Part shown: piece by piece, positions 1 to 8,178 of the stretch
Position numbering within the stretch: position 1 is the first letter of the stretch
How the letters are laid out: each line of letters begins with the position of its first letter
Origin: Spirochaetia bacterium
GTDB taxonomy: Bacteria > Spirochaetota > Spirochaetia > CAKZLE01
Assembly: GCA_963677595.1 (NCBI GenBank)
Contig: OY782041.1
Coordinates: 1,568,001 to 1,632,000, forward strand
Direction of reading: 5' to 3'
Length of the DNA: 64,000 nt
Notes under the pieces: generated by a model
What the model was told of the DNA's origin: nothing
Databases searched by the model: none
Seen by the model: only the letters and a program-made list of their open reading frames with translations
Made by a program: the position numbers and the translations under genes

Positions 1-1593
1 CTCCTTCTTCCTCATCGGGAAGGAAGAGAGGTACTGCGAGAGGGTCTCCTCACGATAGGTATCGATGCAGTCCGAGGTGAAGACCAGGGAGCCGAGCAGG
101 TTGTTCAGGAGGAAGAGGGTCTGTTTCTGTTCCGCAGTCAGGGAGGTGTTCTCATCCCTGAGGATGAACACGTCGGGATCATTGTTGAAGAACCGGTTGT
201 TGAGCTGTGCCCTGCCGATGGTGCTGACCAGGGAGTTGACCGTCGACACCCGTTCCTTGTACCGCACCATCTTCAGGCGCAGGTCCTCCCATCCCAGGGA
301 GACGTCGGATCCGATCCTGCAGTAGTCGACATAGCCGAAGGCCGCACCGAGCGGCACCCCGCAGCCGAGGATCCTCAGGGGTCCTGCGATCTCCCGGAGG
401 AACCGCATGGACTCGACCATGATCTGGCCCCGTGACCTCCCGTTCCTCGGGATGATCGCCTCGGCATAGAGGAAGTCGAGTTTCACCATGCGGAAGCCCC
501 AATCCGAGGAGATCATGTGGAAGACCTGCCGCAGGTACTCCCGTACGTCATGGTGGTAGATATCGAGCACATAGAAGTTCCCGCTCCAGTTGAACGGGTT
601 ATAGCCTGCGATGATGAACGATCCCTGCTCGTCACGTACCAGCCAGTCTGCATGCTTCTCACAGATGGTCGAGGACTCCTCGGCGACGAAGGGAGCCAGC
701 CAGAGTCCCGGGTCATACCCCTCTTTGCGTATCTTCGCCGCGACCGGCTTCATCCCGTCCGGGAAGGTGTTCTTGACCATGAGCCAGTCCCCGACAGCCT
801 GCTGCCACCCATCATCCACCTGGATATAGTCGATCGGGACCGACCGGCTGGAGAACGCCCTCACGTTCTCAAGGATGATCTCCGAAGAGATCTTCTCGTA
901 ATAGTTATACCAGCTCGTCCAGCCTACAGCCGGCGGGACCGGCTCGGAGTGTTTCCTGAACCCCCGCTCCCAGCTGCCATAACACGTCCCGGCAGACCCA
1001 GTAATGGAGAGAAGGGAGAGCAACTCGCTCTTCTGTGAGATGTGTGCCCCCTCGCACTCCTTGCGGACCACGATCTCGAAACCCTTCGTATCGACCTGGA
1101 AGATCGTGAACCCGTACTGTTCCGAGGTCGACCCGAGCAGGGTCATCGTCTCACTGGAGCCTGTCAGGCAGGTCCAGGTGTAGCTGCTGATCACCCCTTC
1201 CGGGGGCTGGGGGATGGACATATGCTCATCCCCGTAGGTACGCAGGTGATACTTCCTGATCCAGTGGTTGAACACCTTCGACATCTGTTTCTGCGTCTCA
1301 CGAGGAGTGTACTCGCGGGACTCCGTCCAGCTTTGGTACCCGTTGGAGAAGACCGAACCCACCGGCCCGTCATACGAGGCATAGAGGCTGCAGGAATGCA
1401 TGCTGAAGAGGATGTTCTTGTCGGGGATGAGGGTCACCCCTACCTGAAGCTCCCCGCCGGAAGCCCGTGAGGCCCTGCACTCGACCCTGCCGTGGGGGAT
1501 CGCCGATACGCCCTCGGCAGCGAAGCTCTTGTGGTAGAAGATCCCGTCCACATCGTATGATATGACTCCCTTCTTGATCGTGACCTCCGTCAT
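1..1593 (-). CDS. Alpha-galactosidase, glycoside hydrolase family 36 (3' end runs off the window)
   Basis: Not in the ORF track because it has no stop in the window. Manual translation from ATG 1593 (ATGA overlap with the lgt stop) gives GWTSWYNYY, IQVDDGWQ, GDW..FPDGMK, PGLWLAPF, KLDFLY and CRIGSD, all GH36/GH-D motifs. Confidence 0.85.
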   Translation of the reverse strand, partial: MTEVTIKKGVISYDVDGIFYHKSFAAEGVSAIPHGRVECRASRASGGELQVGVTLIPDKNILFSMHSCSLYASYDGPVGSVFSNGYQSWTESREYTPRETQKQMSKVFNHWIRKYHLRTYGDEHMSIPQPPEGVISSYTWTCLTGSSETMTLLGSTSEQYGFTIFQVDTKGFEIVVRKECEGAHISQKSELLSLLSITGSAGTCYGSWERGFRKHSEPVPPAVGWTSWYNYYEKISSEIILENVRAFSSRSVPIDYIQVDDGWQQAVGDWLMVKNTFPDGMKPVAAKIRKEGYDPGLWLAPFVAEESSTICEKHADWLVRDEQGSFIIAGYNPFNWSGNFYVLDIYHHDVREYLRQVFHMISSDWGFRMVKLDFLYAEAIIPRNGRSRGQIMVESMRFLREIAGPLRILGCGVPLGAAFGYVDYCRIGSDVSLGWEDLRLKMVRYKERVSTVNSLVSTIGRAQLNNRFFNNDPDVFILRDENTSLTAEQKQTLFLLNNLLGSLVFTSDCIDTYREETLSQYLSSFPMRKKE

Positions 1594-2543
1594 CTGCCTG
1601 CCCCGATCCGTGAACGTCTCCGAAGCAGGAGGATCATGAGCGTCCCGGCTATGACCATCAGGAGGCAGAGCAGCTGCCCCATCGAGAAGTTCAACGGGGA
1701 GAGGAAGAGTGCGGTCGGTTCCTGCTCGGCTCCCCAGGCCAGGGCAAAGCCCATATAGGAGTCAGGCTGCCGGAAATACTCGATGACGAACCTCACCAGC
1801 CCGTAGCCTATCAGGTAGATTCCCAGCAGCTGCCCGTGGAATCTCTTACGCTTCCGGAAGATGAACCAGAGCACGAGCCAGAGCACGATACCCTCGAAGA
1901 AGGCCTCATAGAGCTGGGAAGGGTGGCGTGGGAGGTTGACGAGGGACCCTTCCTGATACGGCATGCCGATCTCCTCACAGGTCTCGCGCACCCATGCGAG
2001 CCGGGTCGAGAAGGGTTCTGCGTAGGGGAATACCATACCCCATGACTTCGTCGTGACCCTTCCCCAGAGTTCAGCATTGAAGAAGTTGCCCAGGCGGCCG
2101 AAGGTATATCCAAGGGGGACGCCGAGGATGACCATGTCAGCGAGTTCCAGGAAACTGCGCTTGTACTTACGGGCGAAGAGCAGGCCGCCGACGGCGGCAC
2201 CGATCGCTCCCCCGTGGTAGCTCATCCCGCCGAGACCGGTGAACTTCCCGTCACGGAACGGCCAGAAGATCATCCACGGGTGCGTGATATAATAATGGGA
2301 AGGGTCGTAGACGGTCGTCGCGACGATCCGTGCCCCGATCAGCAGCCCGATGATGCACCAGAGCAGCAGGGAGACGATATCGTCGGTGGTAAGCCCCTTC
2401 TCGGGGGCCTTCCGGACCTGGTAAGCCAGGACCAGGTAGGTCGTCAGGAACGCCAGCACATACATCAGGCCGTACCAGCGGACTGGGAAGCCGGGGATGA
2501 TCTCAGGTGTGATCCAGGCAGGATACGGGATATAGGCAGTCAC
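1590..2543 (-). CDS. lgt: Prolipoprotein diacylglyceryl transferase
   Basis: VRWYGLMY, GGMSYHGG, GRLGNFFNAELWGR and RHPSQLYEA motifs. Confidence 0.97.
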   Translation of the reverse strand: MTAYIPYPAWITPEIIPGFPVRWYGLMYVLAFLTTYLVLAYQVRKAPEKGLTTDDIVSLLLWCIIGLLIGARIVATTVYDPSHYYITHPWMIFWPFRDGKFTGLGGMSYHGGAIGAAVGGLLFARKYKRSFLELADMVILGVPLGYTFGRLGNFFNAELWGRVTTKSWGMVFPYAEPFSTRLAWVRETCEEIGMPYQEGSLVNLPRHPSQLYEAFFEGIVLWLVLWFIFRKRKRFHGQLLGIYLIGYGLVRFVIEYFRQPDSYMGFALAWGAEQEPTALFLSPLNFSMGQLLCLLMVIAGTLMILLLRRRSRIGAGR

Positions 2544-2959
2544 ATGGTCCTCCTCACTGTTGGATGACTCTTCAGGGAGAGAAACTGCAAGGTCCCGAAG
2601 ACCAGGTCCAGCAGGATCACTCCCAGTATCACACAGAATCCGATGAATCCGAACGGGACCTGGTACCTGGCATAGAGCAGTGTCATGATCCCGATCAACC
2701 CTAGGATAACATAAAAACCACGGCTCATACAGAGCATTATCCCCAGCTGCCCAGCATGCTGGTCAAAGAGGAACAGCAGGTACCCTGCTACGACGACGGC
2801 TGCCGGGGCAAGGAGCCAGATCAGGTAGAAGGGGTGGACTGATTCGGAGAAGGTACTCACGAGCGTGCTGTTCACCCGCCACAGCAGGCCGATCCGGATG
2901 ATCTCCCAGATCAGGGCAGCGATTGTCACGATAAAACGGTTATTCCCTGGATGCATCAT
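2540..2959 (-). CDS. Hypothetical membrane protein (about 4 TM), coupled to lgt
   Basis: Hydrophobic ORF whose stop overlaps the lgt start. The ATG at 2959 lies 6 nt after TTGACC-N17-TACACT. Confidence 0.7.
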   Translation of the reverse strand: MMHPGNNRFIVTIAALIWEIIRIGLLWRVNSTLVSTFSESVHPFYLIWLLAPAAVVVAGYLLFLFDQHAGQLGIMLCMSRGFYVILGLIGIMTLLYARYQVPFGFIGFCVILGVILLDLVFGTLQFLSLKSHPTVRRTM

Positions 2960-3023
2960 ATTCAAAGTGTAAACAGCTCGTTCACGGTGGTCAATAGGAA
3001 CTTTTCTATAGTATATTGTGATT

Positions 3024-4433
3024 ATGAGAAAGCAATCCAGAATCTATATCGGCATCTTCGTCCTCGTACTGGCCGGGGTCCTCGGTTTCGGGGTATCCTG
3101 CGCCACGGACTCCCAGCTCGCCGCCGGGGAGGCGCCTGCCCTCGATGAGATCGATATCACGATGCAGCGGCTTGAGAGCCTCTACCGCACCATCGATTCA
3201 GAGTTCCTCTTCGAGGCAGACTCGGAGAAGATCTATGATGAGATGGCACGTGCCCTCTTCAAGGCCCTCGACGACCCCTATTCGGCATACATCACCGAGG
3301 AGGAGTCCCAGGAACTCACCGACCTCGCCTATGGCGCCTACGGCGGCATAGGGGCCTATATATCGAAACCGAACCCCGACACGATCGACCCGAAGGACCC
3401 CGAGACCTATATGGTCACTATTGTCTCCCCCTTCATCGGGTCACCAGCCTATCGTGCAGGGCTGCATGCAGGCGACCTGATCTCCGTCATCGACGGGGAG
3501 GATGTCACAGAACTGACCGTGGAGGAGTCATCAGCCCGACTGCGCGGGGAACCCGGCACGACCGTCACCCTGACCGTCCACCGGGGGAATGCCTCGTTCG
3601 ACTTGAGTTTCGAGCGGGAGATCGTCGAGATACCCACCGTCCAGTATGACATGATCGGGTATGTCGGCTATATCCACATCCTCGAGTTCACCCCCTATAC
3701 CCCCGACAAGGTCATCGAGGCCATGAACTCCTTCTCCAGGACAGGGTTCACTTCCCTGATCATCGACCTGAGGAGCAACCCCGGGGGAAGCGTCGAGGCA
3801 AGCCAGCAGATCGCTGACATGTTCCTCTCCGACAGGGAGGTCTTCACACTCGAGACGAACGATCCCGCCGATACAGCCGAGATCAGGACCCGGAAAGTCA
3901 CCTCGATCCCCGAGGACGTCCCCATCGTCCTGCTGATCGACGGGGGTTCGGCTTCCGCCGCGGAGATCCTTGCCGGCGCGATGAAGGACAATGGGCGGGC
4001 TGTGCTGATCGGCTCCACCTCCTTCGGGAAGGGGCTCGTACAGGGCGTCTATCCCTACGGGAACGACTACTTCAAGCTCACCTCGGCACGGTACCTGACC
4101 CCGAGCGGCGCCGACATCCACAAGATCGGGATCGAACCCGACATCCCCGTGGAACTCGAGGAGCTCACTGATGAACAGGTCGAGGACTACATCGCACTGC
4201 TCAACGATGATGTATTCGGGGACTTCGTTGCCGAACACCCGGAGGAGGACCAATCTGTATCGGATGCGTTCATCAAGTCACTGATCGACGGCGGGACCAG
4301 CCTTACCGAGCGATACCTCCAGAGGATCCTCAGGCTCGAGTACCAGTACCTCATGGATTTCCCGCCGGTATACGACCTGGATTTCGACACAGCCCTGAAC
4401 CGGGCACTGCACTACCTGGAAGAGGGGGAATGA
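3024..4433 (+). CDS. S41 carboxyl-terminal processing protease (CtpA/Prc-like, PDZ), probable lipoprotein
   Basis: LDDPYS, PDZ segment SPAYRAGLHAGD, DLRSNPGG, SASAAEI, SFGKG and GIEPD motifs; signal peptide ending GVSC. Confidence 0.92.
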   Translation: MRKQSRIYIGIFVLVLAGVLGFGVSCATDSQLAAGEAPALDEIDITMQRLESLYRTIDSEFLFEADSEKIYDEMARALFKALDDPYSAYITEEESQELTDLAYGAYGGIGAYISKPNPDTIDPKDPETYMVTIVSPFIGSPAYRAGLHAGDLISVIDGEDVTELTVEESSARLRGEPGTTVTLTVHRGNASFDLSFEREIVEIPTVQYDMIGYVGYIHILEFTPYTPDKVIEAMNSFSRTGFTSLIIDLRSNPGGSVEASQQIADMFLSDREVFTLETNDPADTAEIRTRKVTSIPEDVPIVLLIDGGSASAAEILAGAMKDNGRAVLIGSTSFGKGLVQGVYPYGNDYFKLTSARYLTPSGADIHKIGIEPDIPVELEELTDEQVEDYIALLNDDVFGDFVAEHPEEDQSVSDAFIKSLIDGGTSLTERYLQRILRLEYQYLMDFPPVYDLDFDTALNRALHYLEEGE

Positions 4434-4434
4434 C

Positions 4435-4830
4435 ATGATCAAATACCTGGACATACCGACGGACCGGCAGGTCTCCTTCATCGACATCACCGACAAAGTG
4501 AACTCGATCGTCTCTGCCTATGATATCACTGAGGGGACCTGCATAGTCTACTCCCCCCATACCACCTGCGGGGTCACGATAAACGAGAATGCCGACCCCG
4601 ATGTCAGGCGTGACATGATCCGCGAGCTCTCGCGGTTCGTCCCCTTCGAGGACGGCTACCGCCATATGGAGGGGAACTCCGCCGCCCATATCAAGGCAAG
4701 CCTCATGGGGTCCAGCGTCACCATCCCGATCTCCCAGGGGACCCTCCTGCTCGGCACATGGCAGGGGATCTACTTCTGCGAGTTCGACGGCCCGCGCAAG
4801 CGCCATATCACCATCCAGGTGATGCCGTAA
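4435..4830 (+). CDS. yjbQ: YjbQ/UPF0047 family protein
   Basis: PHTT, NENADPDV, HMEGNSAAHIK and LGTWQGIYFCEFDGPR motifs. Confidence 0.93.
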   Translation: MIKYLDIPTDRQVSFIDITDKVNSIVSAYDITEGTCIVYSPHTTCGVTINENADPDVRRDMIRELSRFVPFEDGYRHMEGNSAAHIKASLMGSSVTIPISQGTLLLGTWQGIYFCEFDGPRKRHITIQVMP

Positions 4831-4845
4831 CAGCAGGGAGGGATC

Positions 4846-5637
4846 ATGAGAGTATTCCTGCTGCCTGCAGGCTTCAGGGGTGAACGACACCTGGAACTGG
4901 AGGGGAAATCCTACCGCTACCTCATCAAGGTCCTCCGGCTGCGCGAAGGGGCGCAGTTCCCCGGCAGGGATGCACAGGGGAACCTGTGGGACCTCCTGCT
5001 GAACCGGATCGATACCGGGAAGAGGAGTTGTACCGTCACCTGTACCGAACACACACAAGCCATCGGCCATGGGGAGAACTCACTGCCCCCCCAGGAGGCC
5101 CTGCCCGAGATCCATCTCTACCAGTCGGTACTGAAGGGGAAGAAACTCGATACCCTGATCAGGCAGGCTGTCGAGATGGGAGTCTCACGTATCATACCGG
5201 TCCAGAGCGACTATTCAGTCCCTGACTATATGGGGAAGGAGGGAGCCTCGAGGATGAACCGATGGAAGGTTATTAGGGACGAGGCCCTGCAGCAGTGCGG
5301 CTCCCCCATCCTGACGGAGATCGCGGAGCCGATCAGGCTCTCCGGCATCCAGGATGACTGGGCCGGCCGCGGCCTGGGGGTCTTCTTCCACCAGGAGGAA
5401 CTCTCCCCAGTGACGCTGCAGGGTACCATCCAGGGATATGTGCAGCACACAGGCTCAATACCTGCTGTCGCCCTCGTGATCGGTCCCGAAGGTGGCCTCT
5501 CAGACGATGAGGTCGAATGCATGAAAAAAGCCGGTTTCAAACCGGCTTTCCTCAAGACTAATATACTCCGGGCTGAGACCGCGGCTCTCTATGCCACAGC
5601 CTGCACCCAGATGATCCTCACAGAACTGGAATCCTAG
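4846..5637 (+). CDS. rsmE: 16S rRNA m3U1498 methyltransferase
   Basis: VLRL, QAVEMGV, IGPEGGLS and ILRAETA SPOUT motifs. Confidence 0.93.
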   Translation: MRVFLLPAGFRGERHLELEGKSYRYLIKVLRLREGAQFPGRDAQGNLWDLLLNRIDTGKRSCTVTCTEHTQAIGHGENSLPPQEALPEIHLYQSVLKGKKLDTLIRQAVEMGVSRIIPVQSDYSVPDYMGKEGASRMNRWKVIRDEALQQCGSPILTEIAEPIRLSGIQDDWAGRGLGVFFHQEELSPVTLQGTIQGYVQHTGSIPAVALVIGPEGGLSDDEVECMKKAGFKPAFLKTNILRAETAALYATACTQMILTELES

Positions 5638-7877
5638 AAGAAGTTGAGGGCATCCAGCGAGTAGATGATCTTGTAGACTGCATCAGTCACATCGGAGAGG
5701 CCCTGCAGTACCTGCGTCCCTGCCGGGATCTTGATCTTATCGATGACGAAGATGACATCACCCGGTTCCAGGATCTCCTTCTCGATACTCTCCGTATTCC
5801 AGAAATAGACCGTATCCTTGATGACCCGTCCGGTATGCTTGATGATCGAAATATCATAGTCACGCGCCCGCAGGCCGCCGAGTTCCATCAGGTACTCACG
5901 TATCGTCTTTCCTTCCCGCCACGGCAGTGCGATGGTCGAATCGACATCCCCGAGGATGGAGACGTAGTCCGAACGTTTCGGCACATAGATATAGTCACCC
6001 TCACTGAGGAGGATGTCGTCGGAGGAGGTCGCGAACTCCGCAGCATCTGCGGGCAGTTCCAGGGCAATCCTCCCGAGGAGGTCCCCCTGGTTCTCCATGG
6101 CTGACTCGAGGAGGGTCCGCTGGCCGGCAATCTGGGCCTTGACCAGGTTCTTCTCATCAGCAGAGAGGTCCTCCTGGATCGCAAGGGAAGCCTCGAGGGC
6201 ATCGAGGTCGCTCTGCGTCACGGCGATCCGCTTCTTCAGCTGCTTGAGCTGCTCGTCCTGGATCGACTTCCGGATGAGCACGAGTGCCTGCGGGTATGCC
6301 TGGTCGGTGAACCAGCCGGCATCCTCGAGCACATCAGAGAGGCGCACGCCCTTCGCGTAGGGATAGATCCCGGGGGTGTTCACCTGCCCGAGCACCTGGA
6401 TCCCGAGTGAGAGGTTCGCGTGCTCCTTCTCTACCGCCACGATCATATCGCCGGAGGCAAGTGGTACGTTCTGGGCCGTGTTGCCCGACACATAGAGGTC
6501 GAACAGGTCGACATAGGCGGCAACCACTTCATCCCGGACGATCCGCAGCTCGATGGCAGCGAAGTCCTCGGTGAACTCGACGTCATTGATCACGTCCAGC
6601 ACGGTCAACCCCTCACGGTAGGGAATGACCTCAGCCTCTGAGACCAGTCCCGTGAGCTTCACGGGGTCTACCATGAACCGCTTCTTAGCCGTATAGATCG
6701 TGATCTCATCGTACTGCTGCAGCGGTATATCCTCAGCACTCCCGTCAAGGATGGCCTTCGGGGAGAAGACGATCCCGTCATTCTCATACTCGGCGCTGTC
6801 CCTGAACAGGGTCGCGAATTCCATGTCGGCATTGTACCTGAGCTCTACCCGCTTAAGCAGTTCCGAGACGGTATCAGAGTTCTTGTTGATATCGAAGATC
6901 CCGGGATAGAGGACCGCCCCGCTCACCTTCACGATGTTCGAGGAGACGGTATTGCTCGGCGAGAGCAGGATCAGGTCCCCGTCAGCGAGAAACCGGTCCT
7001 GGATATCGCGGATGTTGGAAGAGGTCTCGACGATCCGGACCTGTTTCCCGTCCTGCTGGATCAGTCGTGCTGAGAGGGCGGCCCCTGCCACCTGCAGCCC
7101 GCCGGCATACTCGAGCAGGTCGTTCACCGTCTCGCCATGAATCATCTCATAGATGCCGGGCCTCTTCACCTGCCCGGTGATGGCACACGATTTCGATACA
7201 GCCGGGACGTTGATGACATCCCCCTCCTGCATCTTCATATCGATCGGTACCCCATCCTGGAACAGGTCATAGAGATCGACCAGGGTGATCTTGCCGTCCC
7301 TTCGCAGCTCGATCCTTCGGAGGGAGCCTTCCGGAGCGATGCCCCCGGCATAGCCGAGGGTCTCCACGATCGACCAGAGGCTGTTGATCGTGACAAGCCC
7401 GGGCCTGTTCACGAAGCCGGTGACATAGATCGTGAAATCATGCAGCTTCGTCAGTGCGACATCGACGGATATATTGTTGTACTTATAGTTCAGGATCTCA
7501 TTGAGGGTCTTCTCGATCTCCGCCAGGGTCCTGCCGTAGGCAGAGATCCGGCCCGCAGGAGCAAGGAACAGTCCCCCGTCCAGATTGACCGTAACCTCAT
7601 AGAGCCCTTCGATGGTCCCGATCTCCACTGAGTCGCCCCAGATGTAGATCCGCAGCTCATCCCCGGGATTCACCGCGTAATCCTTGTCGATAAGGATAGA
7701 GTGAACCGGTACGGTTTCGGAGAGCAGGTCATACCCGTATTGCCTGAGGTCTTCAGCTCCCTCGATCCCGAGACGTCCAAAAGCCTGTTCCGTGGTGGAG
7801 AGACCTGCGGTTTCCGCAGATACCATACCCATCGAACAGAGCAGCAGTAGGCTTATGCCAATCAGTATCTTTCTCAT
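5634..7877 (-). CDS. SLBB-repeat polysaccharide export protein (Wza/KpsD-like)
   Basis: Signal peptide; Poly_export domain (Y.VNPGDEL.I.IWG); repeated SLBB motifs GFVNRPG, GQVKRPGIY, GAVLYPGIF and GQVNTPGIY. Confidence 0.88.
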   Translation of the reverse strand: MRKILIGISLLLLCSMGMVSAETAGLSTTEQAFGRLGIEGAEDLRQYGYDLLSETVPVHSILIDKDYAVNPGDELRIYIWGDSVEIGTIEGLYEVTVNLDGGLFLAPAGRISAYGRTLAEIEKTLNEILNYKYNNISVDVALTKLHDFTIYVTGFVNRPGLVTINSLWSIVETLGYAGGIAPEGSLRRIELRRDGKITLVDLYDLFQDGVPIDMKMQEGDVINVPAVSKSCAITGQVKRPGIYEMIHGETVNDLLEYAGGLQVAGAALSARLIQQDGKQVRIVETSSNIRDIQDRFLADGDLILLSPSNTVSSNIVKVSGAVLYPGIFDINKNSDTVSELLKRVELRYNADMEFATLFRDSAEYENDGIVFSPKAILDGSAEDIPLQQYDEITIYTAKKRFMVDPVKLTGLVSEAEVIPYREGLTVLDVINDVEFTEDFAAIELRIVRDEVVAAYVDLFDLYVSGNTAQNVPLASGDMIVAVEKEHANLSLGIQVLGQVNTPGIYPYAKGVRLSDVLEDAGWFTDQAYPQALVLIRKSIQDEQLKQLKKRIAVTQSDLDALEASLAIQEDLSADEKNLVKAQIAGQRTLLESAMENQGDLLGRIALELPADAAEFATSSDDILLSEGDYIYVPKRSDYVSILGDVDSTIALPWREGKTIREYLMELGGLRARDYDISIIKHTGRVIKDTVYFWNTESIEKEILEPGDVIFVIDKIKIPAGTQVLQGLSDVTDAVYKIIYSLDALNFF

Positions 7878-7880
7878 AGC

Positions 7881-8178
7881 ATTATATTGTATAGGTTCAA
7901 GACCATTGTTTCAATAACGAATCAACCATGAACCCATGAAATAAAGCTACCCTATTATGTCAGGTATTTTTCTATATGTGGAGCAAGAGAAGATATCTGA
8001 GATAGGGTATTCACAAATCCATCATTGTGGCTTATGATGGTTTGAAATGAGGGAAATTCATCCAAAGGATTTCATTTTTGCAAACATTGTTTTACTTCGG
8101 AAGCAACGAACGTATGTACGAACATCTGCTTGAAGATCCTCAGATCCACATCCTGAGATTCGAGACAGCCACAGACCT
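7881..8178. repeat. Left copy of a 298-bp direct repeat (long target-site duplication of the IS)
   Basis: ATTATATTGTATAGG...CCACAGACCT recurs at 10223-10520 with 7 substitutions and no indels. Confidence 0.95.
7886..7914 (-). promoter_or_regulatory. Sigma70-type promoter of the SLBB gene (duplicated at 10228-10256)
   Basis: TTGAAA-N17-TACAAT, 8 nt before ATG 7877, with no SD sequence. Confidence 0.6.

Noticed and set aside
7878-8178. Sigma54 (-24/-12) promoter in the region divergent from the bEBP
   Set aside because: No convincing TGGC-N7-TTGC was found by eye on either strand; a PWM scan would be needed.
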